Shown here: one piece after another, positions 1 through 9,242 of the stretch | How the letters are laid out: each line of letters starts with the position of its first letter | Numbering within the stretch: position 1 is the stretch's first letter | Virus record (IMG/VR): IMGVR_UViG_3300047091_000002 | Span: 32,001 to 96,000 of that record | Length of the DNA: 64,000 nt | Source: a virus | Reading direction: 5' to 3' (one strand) | Program-made: the position numbers and the translations under genes | The notes under the pieces: generated by a model | Databases searched by the model: none | Told to the model about the DNA's origin: nothing | Seen by the model: only the letters and a program-made list of their open reading frames with translations

Positions 1-1
1 T

Positions 2-211
2 TCGGAGTATAATTATTGGCGTTACCTAAATATTGATTCTATTATAATTCCTCAAGTAGATTCGTGGGATGAAGTTCACGATATATTGGATTTTTATAAA
101 AATAATCCCGTAAAATTGCAACAAGCTGCAAATTTAGCAGGTTCTTGGTGGCTCAACTATAAAAGAAATCTCGTAAATAATTTGATATGCGACATAAATC
201 AACTAAAGTAA
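2..211 (+). CDS. 3' end of a CDS truncated by the window edge; possibly glycosyltransferase/exostosin-like
   Basis: Open frame from base 2 (SEYNYWRYLNIDSIIIPQVDSWDEV...WWLNYKRNL...NQLK*) to TAA at 209-211; lies next to GT genes; function is a guess. Confidence 0.4.
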   Translation, partial: SEYNYWRYLNIDSIIIPQVDSWDEVHDILDFYKNNPVKLQQAANLAGSWWLNYKRNLVNNLICDINQLK

Positions 212-954
212 ATAAAAACATTATATACTTACTCAGAAATAATCTAAATGGCAAATTATACATTGGGCAAACTGTTCAAGGATTTTCTGAAAGATGGTCA
301 AAACATAAAAACGCTGCTTTTGGTTCTAGGGGTAGGTCTCTAATACACAAAGCAATTAGGAAGTATGGAAGTGAAAATTTCTCCTCAAGAGAACTTGCTA
401 CCGTAGTATCTACTAATCCTTGTGAGTGGTTGAATATTTTAGAGGTATTTTTTATAAAATATTTTAACAGCGTCCATCCTAATGGATATAACCTACCCTA
501 TGGTGGTAAAAATGAACAGAGAAGTCAAAAAACTAAACAAGCTCTCAGTAAGTCTTTACGTGGAAATACTAATCGAGTAGGAAAGCATCATTCTGAAGAA
601 TCAAAAGAGAAGATAAGAATCTCCAATACTGGGAAAAGGCGGTCTTTACAGGCTCGATTAAATATAAGCAAGGCTCATATCGGATTACCGAGTAACTGGA
701 AGGGCAGAAAACACTCGGAAGAAACTCGTTTAAAAATGAGTAGAGACAGAAAAGGTAAACGGATTGGAGAAAAACGAAAACCGCATACAGCAGAAACAAA
801 AGCCCTGTTAAGAAGCTTAAATCTTGGTAGAGTCCCACCTAATAAAGGTGTTCCCATGTCACCGGAACAGAGATTAAAGGTAAGCATTGCAAAGAAGAAA
901 TATTTTGCTGAGAAACGACTGCGGGAGCAACTAGATGCAAATTCAAAATCCTAA
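187..954 (+). CDS. GIY-YIG homing endonuclease with NUMOD3-type repeats
   Basis: IIYLLRN..NGKLYIGQT and NGYN motifs; repeated HSEE(S/T)K/R-K(I/M)S motifs in the C-terminal half. Confidence 0.9.
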   Translation: MRHKSTKVNKNIIYLLRNNLNGKLYIGQTVQGFSERWSKHKNAAFGSRGRSLIHKAIRKYGSENFSSRELATVVSTNPCEWLNILEVFFIKYFNSVHPNGYNLPYGGKNEQRSQKTKQALSKSLRGNTNRVGKHHSEESKEKIRISNTGKRRSLQARLNISKAHIGLPSNWKGRKHSEETRLKMSRDRKGKRIGEKRKPHTAETKALLRSLNLGRVPPNKGVPMSPEQRLKVSIAKKKYFAEKRLREQLDANSKS

Positions 955-1717
955 GTTATCAATCATTATGCCCTGTTCGCCAATCATCAGCCACCCTAGT
1001 ACAGAGATAATAGAAGAATCTATACGACGTATTAGAGCCTATCCTGAATTAAAAGATGTAGAGATTTTAATATGTTGTGATGGAATCCGAGCAGAGCAGG
1101 AACATTATAGAGAAAATTACGAAGAATATAAACGCCGATTAATTGATCTATGTAAATTCGATTCTGATTTTAAGGGCTGTTTACCTATTATCTTTCAAGA
1201 ACATTATCACCAGGTAAAGATGCTTACAGAGGCTTTAAAGATGGTAAAAACTCCTCTTATATTCTTTGTAGAGGCAGATACTTTCCCTATAAGAGAGATA
1301 GATTTCTCAAGTATTATTAACTCATTTGAAGACCCTAGAGTTAATTATATTAGATTAAGTATCTTCGACCATATTCTAGGTGAACACTCACATTTATATT
1401 TTGGAGAATTGGAAAGTATCCAGGGATGTCCTTTACTAAAGACCTCTCAATTTTCGGCTCGTCCTAATATAGCAAGAAAAGAATGGTACGAGAAACTTAT
1501 AGAAGAATACTTTGATGGTGATTGTATCTGTTTTGTAGAAGATATAATAGACCCCCAAGCTCAAATCTCTATTAGAGACAGTACAAAACCATTTGATTAT
1601 TGGGGAATGTATCTATATCATCCAGATACAAAAGATATTACCCGTTCTGCGACTAATAACGGAAGAGGATCAGAGTCGAAGTATTTCCAAAGATTTCCAA
1701 ATAAGGTTGACAAATAA
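935..1717 (+). CDS. GT-A fold (GT2-like) glycosyltransferase
   Basis: LSIIMP..., ILICCDG, FFVEAD (DxD-like) motifs. Confidence 0.75.
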   Translation: MQIQNPKLSIIMPCSPIISHPSTEIIEESIRRIRAYPELKDVEILICCDGIRAEQEHYRENYEEYKRRLIDLCKFDSDFKGCLPIIFQEHYHQVKMLTEALKMVKTPLIFFVEADTFPIREIDFSSIINSFEDPRVNYIRLSIFDHILGEHSHLYFGELESIQGCPLLKTSQFSARPNIARKEWYEKLIEEYFDGDCICFVEDIIDPQAQISIRDSTKPFDYWGMYLYHPDTKDITRSATNNGRGSESKYFQRFPNKVDK

Positions 1718-1744
1718 AGAAAATTCTGATACAGTGATAGTACC

Positions 1745-1951
1745 ATGCAAAATATAGATACAGTTTATATAATATTTCGAGAAAGTTATATGGGGTATCC
1801 TGCTGCTATCCATTCAATATGGCTTTCTAGAGAAGACGCTGATAAAGAATTTGAAAAAATAAAGACATCTGCATATTCTGATGCAGATTATAACTGTTAT
1901 TACAGAGATATAATCCCTATAGGAGAACCTAAAGAGTGGTGGAATGTATAA
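1745..1951 (+). CDS. hypothetical protein
   Basis: ORF in a tightly packed + strand gene run. Confidence 0.6.
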   Translation: MQNIDTVYIIFRESYMGYPAAIHSIWLSREDADKEFEKIKTSAYSDADYNCYYRDIIPIGEPKEWWNV

Positions 1952-1997
1952 GATTAATGCAACGCAAGCACCTATACTTTAGAATTTAAAAGCCTTT

Positions 1998-2312
1998 ATG
2001 AAAATAGAAACACAAAAAGATTTAGCTGATTTAATAGAATCTGGAACAATGGGTAGATTTGGAAAAATATGCCAAGTTGATCCACGGATAATGGAAAAAC
2101 TCTTTAAATCTGAACAAGAAATTCAAGATTTCTGTAAGCAATACGGATATAGAGCTAATAATGGTAGGTTAGGTCTTCCACTATCACGGGAGTTCTTTTT
2201 TAGAGATTTCTGTAGAGATTGGTATAAAGATGGTAATATTGAGAGATCCTGGCAAATAAGAGAAGAATGGGAGCAAAATAAACATATGTCCAATACGTGG
2301 AAAAATGAGTAG
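1998..2312 (+). CDS. hypothetical protein
   Basis: ORF in a tightly packed run. Confidence 0.6.
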   Translation: MKIETQKDLADLIESGTMGRFGKICQVDPRIMEKLFKSEQEIQDFCKQYGYRANNGRLGLPLSREFFFRDFCRDWYKDGNIERSWQIREEWEQNKHMSNTWKNE

Positions 2313-2314
2313 GC

Positions 2315-2503
2315 ATGATTAAAAATATAAAATCATTATGGAAACAACTACGCTGTCCGCACACTAGAACAATTAAATATTATCCCGTAAATGATAGCGT
2401 AGATTGGCGTTCTTTTGGAAAATCAATGGGTAAAATTCGCGGCGTACTGTTTGAAGGATGTTTAAATTGCTATAAAGTATCTGTAAGAAATTATATGGAG
2501 TAA
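2315..2503 (+). CDS. hypothetical protein (Cys/His; possible Zn ribbon)
   Basis: CPH...CLNC. Confidence 0.55.
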   Translation: MIKNIKSLWKQLRCPHTRTIKYYPVNDSVDWRSFGKSMGKIRGVLFEGCLNCYKVSVRNYME

Positions 2504-2504
2504 C

Positions 2505-2750
2505 ATGAATAACAGATTTTTAACAATGGCTAAACAATTAGCAAAATCAGAAATGCCTTTATGCGGATGCGATCATCAATTAGGTTGTCTTCTATGTGAT
2601 TTTGATTTTAATTATGGTGAAATTAGTGGTTACTACAAAAATGATATATTGTACAATAGCATAGATTCAATGGCAGGGGTAGTAGAAAATCATAACGAAG
2701 ATTGTCCTTGGAGATTAGCTAAAGAACTGCAAAAAGAAGAATTAATTTAA
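2505..2750 (+). CDS. hypothetical protein (Cys-rich)
   Basis: CGCDH..GCLLC...HNEDCPW. Confidence 0.55.
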   Translation: MNNRFLTMAKQLAKSEMPLCGCDHQLGCLLCDFDFNYGEISGYYKNDILYNSIDSMAGVVENHNEDCPWRLAKELQKEELI

Positions 2751-2752
2751 TT

Positions 2753-3184
2753 ATGAAACCAACAAAAAATACAATAGCATATAATGGATTAGGGTTTCTC
2801 GGATTAATTACCAAAGATGAACAACAAGAAGTAGAATTTCCAGATGGTACTAAGGCTCTAGCTTGGGTAGGTATACATCTTACTGATACTAAAGACCATT
2901 TTCCAGGAGATTTTTGGTACAGTAGAGGTCCAGAAATTGTAGGATTTTTACCTGAACCGGAAAGGTATAAGTTTGAGAGCGACGGTGATGGGCATCGATA
3001 TTTAATTCCGATTGAAAAATCCGAAGAATTTGATAGATGGACAGATCATGAATCACGCCTCTGGTATCCTGGAATATCCGATGAAGACTTTGAAAAAGAA
3101 AAAGAATCGTATAACGGAGAAGATTTTAATAATTTTGTTATAGATAGCGTAAATGATTATACATTTGAAAATCCAAAGAAATAG
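2753..3184 (+). CDS. hypothetical acidic protein
   Basis: 143-aa ORF in run. Confidence 0.6.
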   Translation: MKPTKNTIAYNGLGFLGLITKDEQQEVEFPDGTKALAWVGIHLTDTKDHFPGDFWYSRGPEIVGFLPEPERYKFESDGDGHRYLIPIEKSEEFDRWTDHESRLWYPGISDEDFEKEKESYNGEDFNNFVIDSVNDYTFENPKK

Positions 3185-3186
3185 AA

Positions 3187-3360
3187 ATGATAGAAGATAA
3201 AGATAATTTATTTTATAAATGTCCTTCTTGCGACGACGTATATGGCAGTTGGCTCGAAGGTAGAAACTGCTGTGATGTCATTTTAGTATATCAATGTAGA
3301 AACTGCGAAATGCTGTACGAAGATTCAGATAAAGCAGAAGAATGTTGTCAAGATAAATAA
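3187..3360 (+). CDS. small double Zn-ribbon-like protein (not in ORF track)
   Basis: Manual translation MIEDKDNLFYKCPSCDDVYGSWLEGRNCCDVILVYQCRNCEMLYEDSDKAEECCQDK*. Confidence 0.6.
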   Translation: MIEDKDNLFYKCPSCDDVYGSWLEGRNCCDVILVYQCRNCEMLYEDSDKAEECCQDK

Positions 3361-3373
3361 TAAAAGGAAAATA

Positions 3374-3571
3374 ATGCCACACGATAAAAATGGAAATAGT
3401 TTAGAAGTTGGAGATCACATAATAATAGAGGGAATAATTTCTCAAGTTTTTACCGGGGAGGAATATTGCAATATTAATGTAGAAACACTTGAGCCGATGT
3501 TTCCCGGAACTAATAAATCATTGTTAACACTCAATGCAAAACAAGTTAAACGGGTTGTCAACGGCGCTTAG
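3374..3571 (+). CDS. hypothetical protein (KOW/SH3-like)
   Basis: DKNGNSLEVGDHIII; RBS AAGGA. Confidence 0.6.
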   Translation: MPHDKNGNSLEVGDHIIIEGIISQVFTGEEYCNINVETLEPMFPGTNKSLLTLNAKQVKRVVNGA

Positions 3572-3584
3572 ATAAAATTAATAA

Positions 3585-4499
3585 ATGCTCATTACTATAA
3601 TAAGTAATTTACAATCGAATAAAGGCTTGTCAGTTGATTGTAGACTTGTCAGAGGGCTTCTAGAAGAATGGGGACATACTATAACAGAATGGGATTTTAG
3701 ATCTACTCAATTACCACTTACAGCAGATCTTAACATATTTCTGGAAGTAGTGGTTCCCTTCTTCTTTTCTTCTGCTCAAAGAAACTGGCTATTTGTAAAT
3801 CCTGAATGGGTAGTAGAAGATTATATTCCTCATTTGCCTAGACTAGATAAAATACTTTGTAAAACCAGATACGCGGAACGACTTCTATCTCCTAAATATC
3901 CAGAACAAGTATTTTACACTGGCTTTATAGCGGAAGACCACTTAGATTCGGAGATATATAAGTCACGGATATTCTTTCATAATGCCGGAGATTCTATTAT
4001 TCGTGGAACCGATGAATTAATACAGGCGTGGGAAAAATATAAATTTTCTTACCCTTTAATTATTGCCTCGCAGAATCATCACGGACCCAGTACAAATCCA
4101 AATATTAAATTTGTAGGAAGATTAGAAAGACAAGAATTGCTGGATAAACAAAATAGCTGTTTATTCCACGTTTTAATGTCAGAAAGTGAGGGATTTGGAC
4201 ACTCGCTGCACGAGGGTCTAGGATGTTCTGCAATTGTAATTACTACGAATGCCGCTCCAATGGCCGAATTCTGGGGATGCCCTAAAGAATTAATGGCTGA
4301 ACCAGTTTCCTCTTATAAACTTAGGATGGCAGATGCTTATAAAGTTTCTGCTGATAACATAGCAATTGCAGTAGAAAGAACTTGGTATCTAAATTCTGAT
4401 TTTATCAAACTGTATCAGCAGCAGGCTAGAGAATACTTTCTTCAAACTAACGGCACATTTAAGGAAAACTTCAAGAGATTAATTGACGAGATATGCTAG
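3585..4499 (+). CDS. GT-B fold (GT4-like) glycosyltransferase
   Basis: SESEGFGHSLHEGLGCSAIVITTN matches the GT4 EX7E motif. Confidence 0.85.
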   Translation: MLITIISNLQSNKGLSVDCRLVRGLLEEWGHTITEWDFRSTQLPLTADLNIFLEVVVPFFFSSAQRNWLFVNPEWVVEDYIPHLPRLDKILCKTRYAERLLSPKYPEQVFYTGFIAEDHLDSEIYKSRIFFHNAGDSIIRGTDELIQAWEKYKFSYPLIIASQNHHGPSTNPNIKFVGRLERQELLDKQNSCLFHVLMSESEGFGHSLHEGLGCSAIVITTNAAPMAEFWGCPKELMAEPVSSYKLRMADAYKVSADNIAIAVERTWYLNSDFIKLYQQQAREYFLQTNGTFKENFKRLIDEIC

Positions 4500-4684
4500 A
4501 AGATAAAGAAACAGTTTCTACAATAGCGAAACGATATTTTTATCCTTGGGATCACAAGAAGAATGGAAATTTTCCTAAACAAGAAATACGAGATATTCAT
4601 GCATTAATAGATACTATTTTCATACAAGAAGAAATAATTAAGAGATTGCAGGAATTACTAGGAGATACAAATTATGGGAGATAG
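4493..4684 (+). CDS. hypothetical protein
   Basis: Overlaps the neighbouring genes as expected for coupled translation. Confidence 0.55.
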   Translation: MLEDKETVSTIAKRYFYPWDHKKNGNFPKQEIRDIHALIDTIFIQEEIIKRLQELLGDTNYGR

Positions 4685-5039
4685 GGCAAACGTAAAATTT
4701 ATAGAACAAGATGGAACTAGTTTATTTTTATATACGCATTGGCGCGGTAGTGATTTACCTGAAATAATACAATCGGCATTAAGTCACAAACAACGTTGGG
4801 ATGATGAACAATACTTAGCGCGTATAATATTTTGCGAAATGATAAAAGGCGATGAGTCTGGGCATTCCGGCTTTGGTATTTCCACATATTGTGGCGATGG
4901 AGATGATAAAATACTTGAAATAAACGTTTCTAACCAACAGGTTGGTATTAATGAAAATCTATATAGTTTCAATGATTATGTTAAATTAAAATTATCTGGA
5001 AATAGGGGATGGAGTGTTCTACGAGGTTGCAGAAAATGA
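4674..5039 (+). CDS. conserved-type phage hypothetical protein
   Basis: MGDRANV...LYTHW.G...RWDDEQYLARIIFCEM pattern typical of small phage proteins. Confidence 0.65.
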   Translation: MGDRANVKFIEQDGTSLFLYTHWRGSDLPEIIQSALSHKQRWDDEQYLARIIFCEMIKGDESGHSGFGISTYCGDGDDKILEINVSNQQVGINENLYSFNDYVKLKLSGNRGWSVLRGCRK

Positions 5040-5800
5040 ACTTGATTGTAATTCCTTGTTTTCGTAGACCGGAATTCTTGGCAATATGTCTCGAAGAAAT
5101 AGCTAAAGCTGAGAACTCTAATCAATACTACTATTTATTTTGTGCTGATGAAGGCTATGATCCGACTATAAGAGATGTGCTTAAAAATTTTCCTCTCAAA
5201 TGGAAATTTAGCGAATTACGAGATAAAATTGATATTGGTAATAATCAAAACGTCTTGGAAGGACTTCGTTGGGGATTTCTATGCGCTTTAAATAGTGGGG
5301 CTTCTACAGTACATTTAATAGAAGAGGATGTGATTATCTCTAAAGACTATTTTACATTTCATGAAGAGGCTCAAAAAAGATTTGAGAATAATCTAGCTAT
5401 TTTTGCTATAATAGGCTCTACTTCGCAACAAGCAACAGATCTATACTTTGATCCTAAATATTCTGATAGTTCAAGGTATCAAGGAATAGGAGTATCCTTT
5501 AATCTAAAAAATCTTAATAAAGTTATTCGACATTGTAATAATTTCTATTATGAAGATCCTCAAAACTATTTAAGAGCTACATTTCCCAGCAGTAAATATC
5601 CTCTTAATCTATATACTCAAGATAGACTTATAGATAGAATAATTGAAAGAAATAATATGCATTGTATTTATCCTGGTTTATACCCCGCAGTAGCAAAGCA
5701 TTGCGGTTATTACGGAATGAACCATTCCGGTTGTGAATTACAGGGAACTTTAGAGCAGAAAATAAATCAATTTAGAAATTATGTTAACGGTAAATTATAA
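5009..5800 (+). CDS. GT-A fold glycosyltransferase (likely start MNLIV at 5036)
   Basis: IVIPCFRRPEFL, LFCADEG, HLIEEDVII motifs. Confidence 0.75.
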   Translation: MECSTRLQKMNLIVIPCFRRPEFLAICLEEIAKAENSNQYYYLFCADEGYDPTIRDVLKNFPLKWKFSELRDKIDIGNNQNVLEGLRWGFLCALNSGASTVHLIEEDVIISKDYFTFHEEAQKRFENNLAIFAIIGSTSQQATDLYFDPKYSDSSRYQGIGVSFNLKNLNKVIRHCNNFYYEDPQNYLRATFPSSKYPLNLYTQDRLIDRIIERNNMHCIYPGLYPAVAKHCGYYGMNHSGCELQGTLEQKINQFRNYVNGKL

Positions 5801-5965
5801 ATGGAATATCAAGGTATAAAAGAATCTCTAGACGCAATAAGAGTATTTCAACTTATCGGCTACTTGGCGCAAATGTTTGTAACGCTTATACTTTTCTGCG
5901 CAGTATTTTATGGTATTCGATGCGGTAGAGAAGCCATTATAAAGAAACTTGAGGATAGTAAATAA
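5801..5965 (+). CDS. small membrane protein (not in ORF track)
   Basis: MEYQGIKESLDAIRVFQLIGYLAQMFVTLILFCAVFYGIRCG...; TAATG coupling to the next gene. Confidence 0.5.
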   Translation: MEYQGIKESLDAIRVFQLIGYLAQMFVTLILFCAVFYGIRCGREAIIKKLEDSK

Positions 5966-6159
5966 TGGAAGACATCTTATTTAAACTATTTATAGGACTA
6001 CAAAAATATATATTTGTATTTTTTATTATTGGATATATAACTATGGGAATAGGATTCTTTGTTTCCTTTAAACTAATGGCATCATATAGAGACGATATTA
6101 TGGAAAAGTTGGAACTACTTAAATCTTATGAACGATATTCTAGAAACTCAAATAATTAA
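5965..6159 (+). CDS. small membrane protein
   Basis: Hydrophobic stretch YIFVFFIIGYITMGIGFFVSF. Confidence 0.55.
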   Translation: MEDILFKLFIGLQKYIFVFFIIGYITMGIGFFVSFKLMASYRDDIMEKLELLKSYERYSRNSNN

Positions 6160-6556
6160 ACTTTGTGCTTTAAATAAGAAACATTTTGCTGCTCAAGATT
6201 TTCTTATATCTGAACCCATGATTTCAATTGCAAGTATTGATTCTGCAAAAATCATAGGAAATATAAACCGGAAATTCGTGAATTTATGCAGTCTGCAAGA
6301 TTGGGGAGCAATTTCTGATTTGCCAGAAATAACCTTAGACATGGCTACTAGAGCAGCAAATGTTAAAATAAATTTTTCCAGAATAGAGCCATTGAGTATA
6401 CCTTTATCTCCATTTGATTCTGCTGGCTCTTATATTAATGCTATATCTTATAACTGCTTATTATACAAAACCGATTCAAGTAATATAACACTTAGAAAAA
6501 TATTAAATCTATACCGTTCCTTTATTAATTACGTCTACGTATATTACAAATTATAA
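6128..6556 (+). CDS. hypothetical protein; last gene of the + strand block
   Basis: Its stop abuts the stop of the convergent - strand gene at 6556/6557. Confidence 0.55.
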   Translation: MNDILETQIIKLCALNKKHFAAQDFLISEPMISIASIDSAKIIGNINRKFVNLCSLQDWGAISDLPEITLDMATRAANVKINFSRIEPLSIPLSPFDSAGSYINAISYNCLLYKTDSSNITLRKILNLYRSFINYVYVYYKL

Positions 6557-7381
6557 TTACGGAACTCTTTTAAGTATAAAGTACAATTTGCCAAATTGGT
6601 ATGCTGGCTCTAAAATATATTTAACTGCTCTCCAAGTTTTATTCCAGAAACCATGCACCGGGACTGGATAAAAACTGTCATGTATAAATTTTCTTGTATC
6701 TGTACTTATTCCATGTAAATCTTCTGTAACTCCCGATAGATTAGTTCCTATAGGAGTATAGGCTTTAATTAATCCGTCTGAGTCAATAACGACTGCATTG
6801 AGATTTGAGAGAAGTTCTGCGACTTGGGGTGTCGTAGCCTCGACTAGAGTAGAAAATCCCTTAGAACCCCGTTCTAGCGCCATTACAGCCCCTTGTAGAT
6901 GCGGAGTAGTTTCTTCTATAGCCCGATCTACGTGAAGTATTACTCCAGTCAGGGCTGTACCGTTATTATTTAGTTGTTTAGTTCCCTCTTCTATAAGATT
7001 ACGACTGGCAACTAAATTAGTATCTAAAGTCAACATTCTTTGCTGAACACTGAATGAAATTGATCTGAGTTCAATTCTAGCATCACCTACAAAACCAACT
7101 AATTCGTTTTCTACACGGGTAAGACCTTCTACAGTATCACGACTTCCTTTAGCAACGGCACGAACCTCCTGAATAGTTCCCGTAAGTTCATCTAGGGCAA
7201 TATTTAATTTGGCTGAACTTGCTCCTGCAATATTATTGGCATTACGCCAAGACCATAATGCCCATATCAGCATCAAGCCAATCAAAACAGTTATAGCAAA
7301 ATATCCAGCTTCTCTATAAGTCCGAAATCTCTGTTTGCTTGTCTCAAGATGTTCTCTAACTAAATCTGTATTCTCGCTCAT
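6557..7381 (-). CDS. membrane-anchored coiled-coil protein (MCE-helical/spanin-like)
   Basis: N-terminal TM (YFAITVLIGLMLIWALWSW), long heptad-like helical region, Trp/Tyr-rich amphipathic C-terminus. Confidence 0.6.
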   Translation of the reverse strand: MSENTDLVREHLETSKQRFRTYREAGYFAITVLIGLMLIWALWSWRNANNIAGASSAKLNIALDELTGTIQEVRAVAKGSRDTVEGLTRVENELVGFVGDARIELRSISFSVQQRMLTLDTNLVASRNLIEEGTKQLNNNGTALTGVILHVDRAIEETTPHLQGAVMALERGSKGFSTLVEATTPQVAELLSNLNAVVIDSDGLIKAYTPIGTNLSGVTEDLHGISTDTRKFIHDSFYPVPVHGFWNKTWRAVKYILEPAYQFGKLYFILKRVP

Positions 7382-8661
7382 TATAACTCCAATTTGTACT
7401 GAAATGCCGGAATAACCCTATTATACGTAGGATCATTATCTGCCTCTTTAAGACTGGATAATCTCATATCTCCTACTGGATATTGACGAGTGGATTCAAC
7501 AATCCACTGCGCTATCGGAGTTTGCAATTGCCCAATCGATTGGGCAAAAGTATCAGCTCCATTCATAGGAGGATTGATAAATAAATGTACTCCATTAGAT
7601 AGCAAGGCATAAAGTCCAAAATGTACGTGCCCTACATAAACAATTTGAGCCTTTTCCGCATCGTTTCTACAAGCATTGAATTTATCTATTTGCGTAGAGA
7701 TTGCCTCAATAGGAACTACCTTAGCAGGATTCCCAGTATTAAACACTGTATCCCCGTGCAGAATTAATACATTATGATCAAAGACTTTATAAGTAGTATA
7801 AGGAGTTAAGGGTTGATGAAAATAAAGTCTTTCTTCTTTACGAAATGCTTCTCTAACTATTTCCATTATAATAGTTAAAAAAGAATCGTACTTTTGGCTT
7901 CTGGCTCTTTCCCTACCTTTAACAGTGGTAATCATTCTATCGTGATTACCCGGAGATACAAATACATTGATCTGCGGATAATAATCTAATTCATAATCTA
8001 ATAGAGCAATAAGGTATCTAGCAGTACCTAGAACTTGCCAAGTAATAGGATCAATATTATGATCTTCTGCATGAATTAGACCTTGTATTTGATCTCCGTC
8101 AATATTTAGATTGAGTCCACCGCATTCTTTTCTATGATCTAACTTATAATTCGCAAGTTCAACTGCAAATTTTCCTAGTCTTCGAGCAGCAATTTCCCAA
8201 TTAAAAGCATTTCCTTCTACTTCTCTAGGATCTATAGTGCAACCAAAATGATTATCCGATAAATGTCCCGTAACAAATCTTTCCACTTTTTCCGGTTTAG
8301 GAATATAGACTTTTTTTCTAGTAGATACTTGTATGGGCTGCTCTTTAAGAGCATCAATAACGGATTGTTTAAATTTATCTAATCTATGAAGCTCAGTTCC
8401 AAGTTCCTTTTCAAGTCTGCTTACGTACTTATTTCTTTCCTGAGTACCTCTAATAGCTCCAAGATCCTTAAGACATTCACTACCAAACACGTCTTTTACA
8501 AATGAACTAAAGCTACCGAACCTCTTCCTAAATTCCCATTCTCCATATTGCCCTCCACCTTTTTCATATCTGGAAAAAGTCATATCATAAGATTCAAATT
8601 CAATTGCTTTTGCAGATTTACGTACATCCTCGATAAGATTTTCGTATGTAACTTTACTCAT
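7381..8661 (-). CDS. calcineurin-like metallophosphoesterase
   Basis: SDNHFG, DGDQIQG, PGNHDR, LHGD, GHVH motifs. Confidence 0.85.
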   Translation of the reverse strand: MSKVTYENLIEDVRKSAKAIEFESYDMTFSRYEKGGGQYGEWEFRKRFGSFSSFVKDVFGSECLKDLGAIRGTQERNKYVSRLEKELGTELHRLDKFKQSVIDALKEQPIQVSTRKKVYIPKPEKVERFVTGHLSDNHFGCTIDPREVEGNAFNWEIAARRLGKFAVELANYKLDHRKECGGLNLNIDGDQIQGLIHAEDHNIDPITWQVLGTARYLIALLDYELDYYPQINVFVSPGNHDRMITTVKGRERARSQKYDSFLTIIMEIVREAFRKEERLYFHQPLTPYTTYKVFDHNVLILHGDTVFNTGNPAKVVPIEAISTQIDKFNACRNDAEKAQIVYVGHVHFGLYALLSNGVHLFINPPMNGADTFAQSIGQLQTPIAQWIVESTRQYPVGDMRLSSLKEADNDPTYNRVIPAFQYKLEL

Positions 8662-8682
8662 TTTTCTCCTGAGTAGCTGAAA

Positions 8683-9237
8683 TTAATACTTGATTCTATC
8701 GGCAAGTCCTAATTTAACAGCCGATTCGGAATCCATATATGTATCAACATCAAATCTCTTAAGGAATTGTTTTATGGTAACGGGAGGAGTCATTCTACGA
8801 CAAAGAATTTCCCAAGCCCTATTACGAATCCTTTCAGATTCACGGGCATAAGCCGAAACCTCTCGTATTCGAGATTCTGTTATTTTACTATAACCTTCAT
8901 GAAGCATTATAGTAGCATTCGGAGAAAGCTCTCTAATATCGCCTGCTTGTAGAATGACCGTGCCCATAGACATTATATCCCCATAACCAACGATTCTGAC
9001 TCGGTTATTCTTACAATGTCTAATAGCATCATAAATTGCCAAACCATTAGACATGCATCCACCGGGACTATTTAATATTAATGTAATATCGCCAGCGGTA
9101 GAACTTAAAACATGCAAAGCGGATATAATTTTGCTGAATGCTTTTTGTGTTACTTCTCCAGTATAAATAACTGTCCTCGTAGGTATATATAAACCATTAA
9201 TAAACAAATGATCTATATAATCATGCTTTGTTGCCAT
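8683..9237 (-). CDS. clpP: ClpP-like serine peptidase
   Basis: LNSPGG...GLAIYDAI, IMSMGTVILQAG (catalytic Ser), IMLHE (His), DTYM...AVKLGLADRI. Confidence 0.85.
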   Translation of the reverse strand: MATKHDYIDHLFINGLYIPTRTVIYTGEVTQKAFSKIISALHVLSSTAGDITLILNSPGGCMSNGLAIYDAIRHCKNNRVRIVGYGDIMSMGTVILQAGDIRELSPNATIMLHEGYSKITESRIREVSAYARESERIRNRAWEILCRRMTPPVTIKQFLKRFDVDTYMDSESAVKLGLADRIKY

Positions 9238-9242
9238 AAAAT

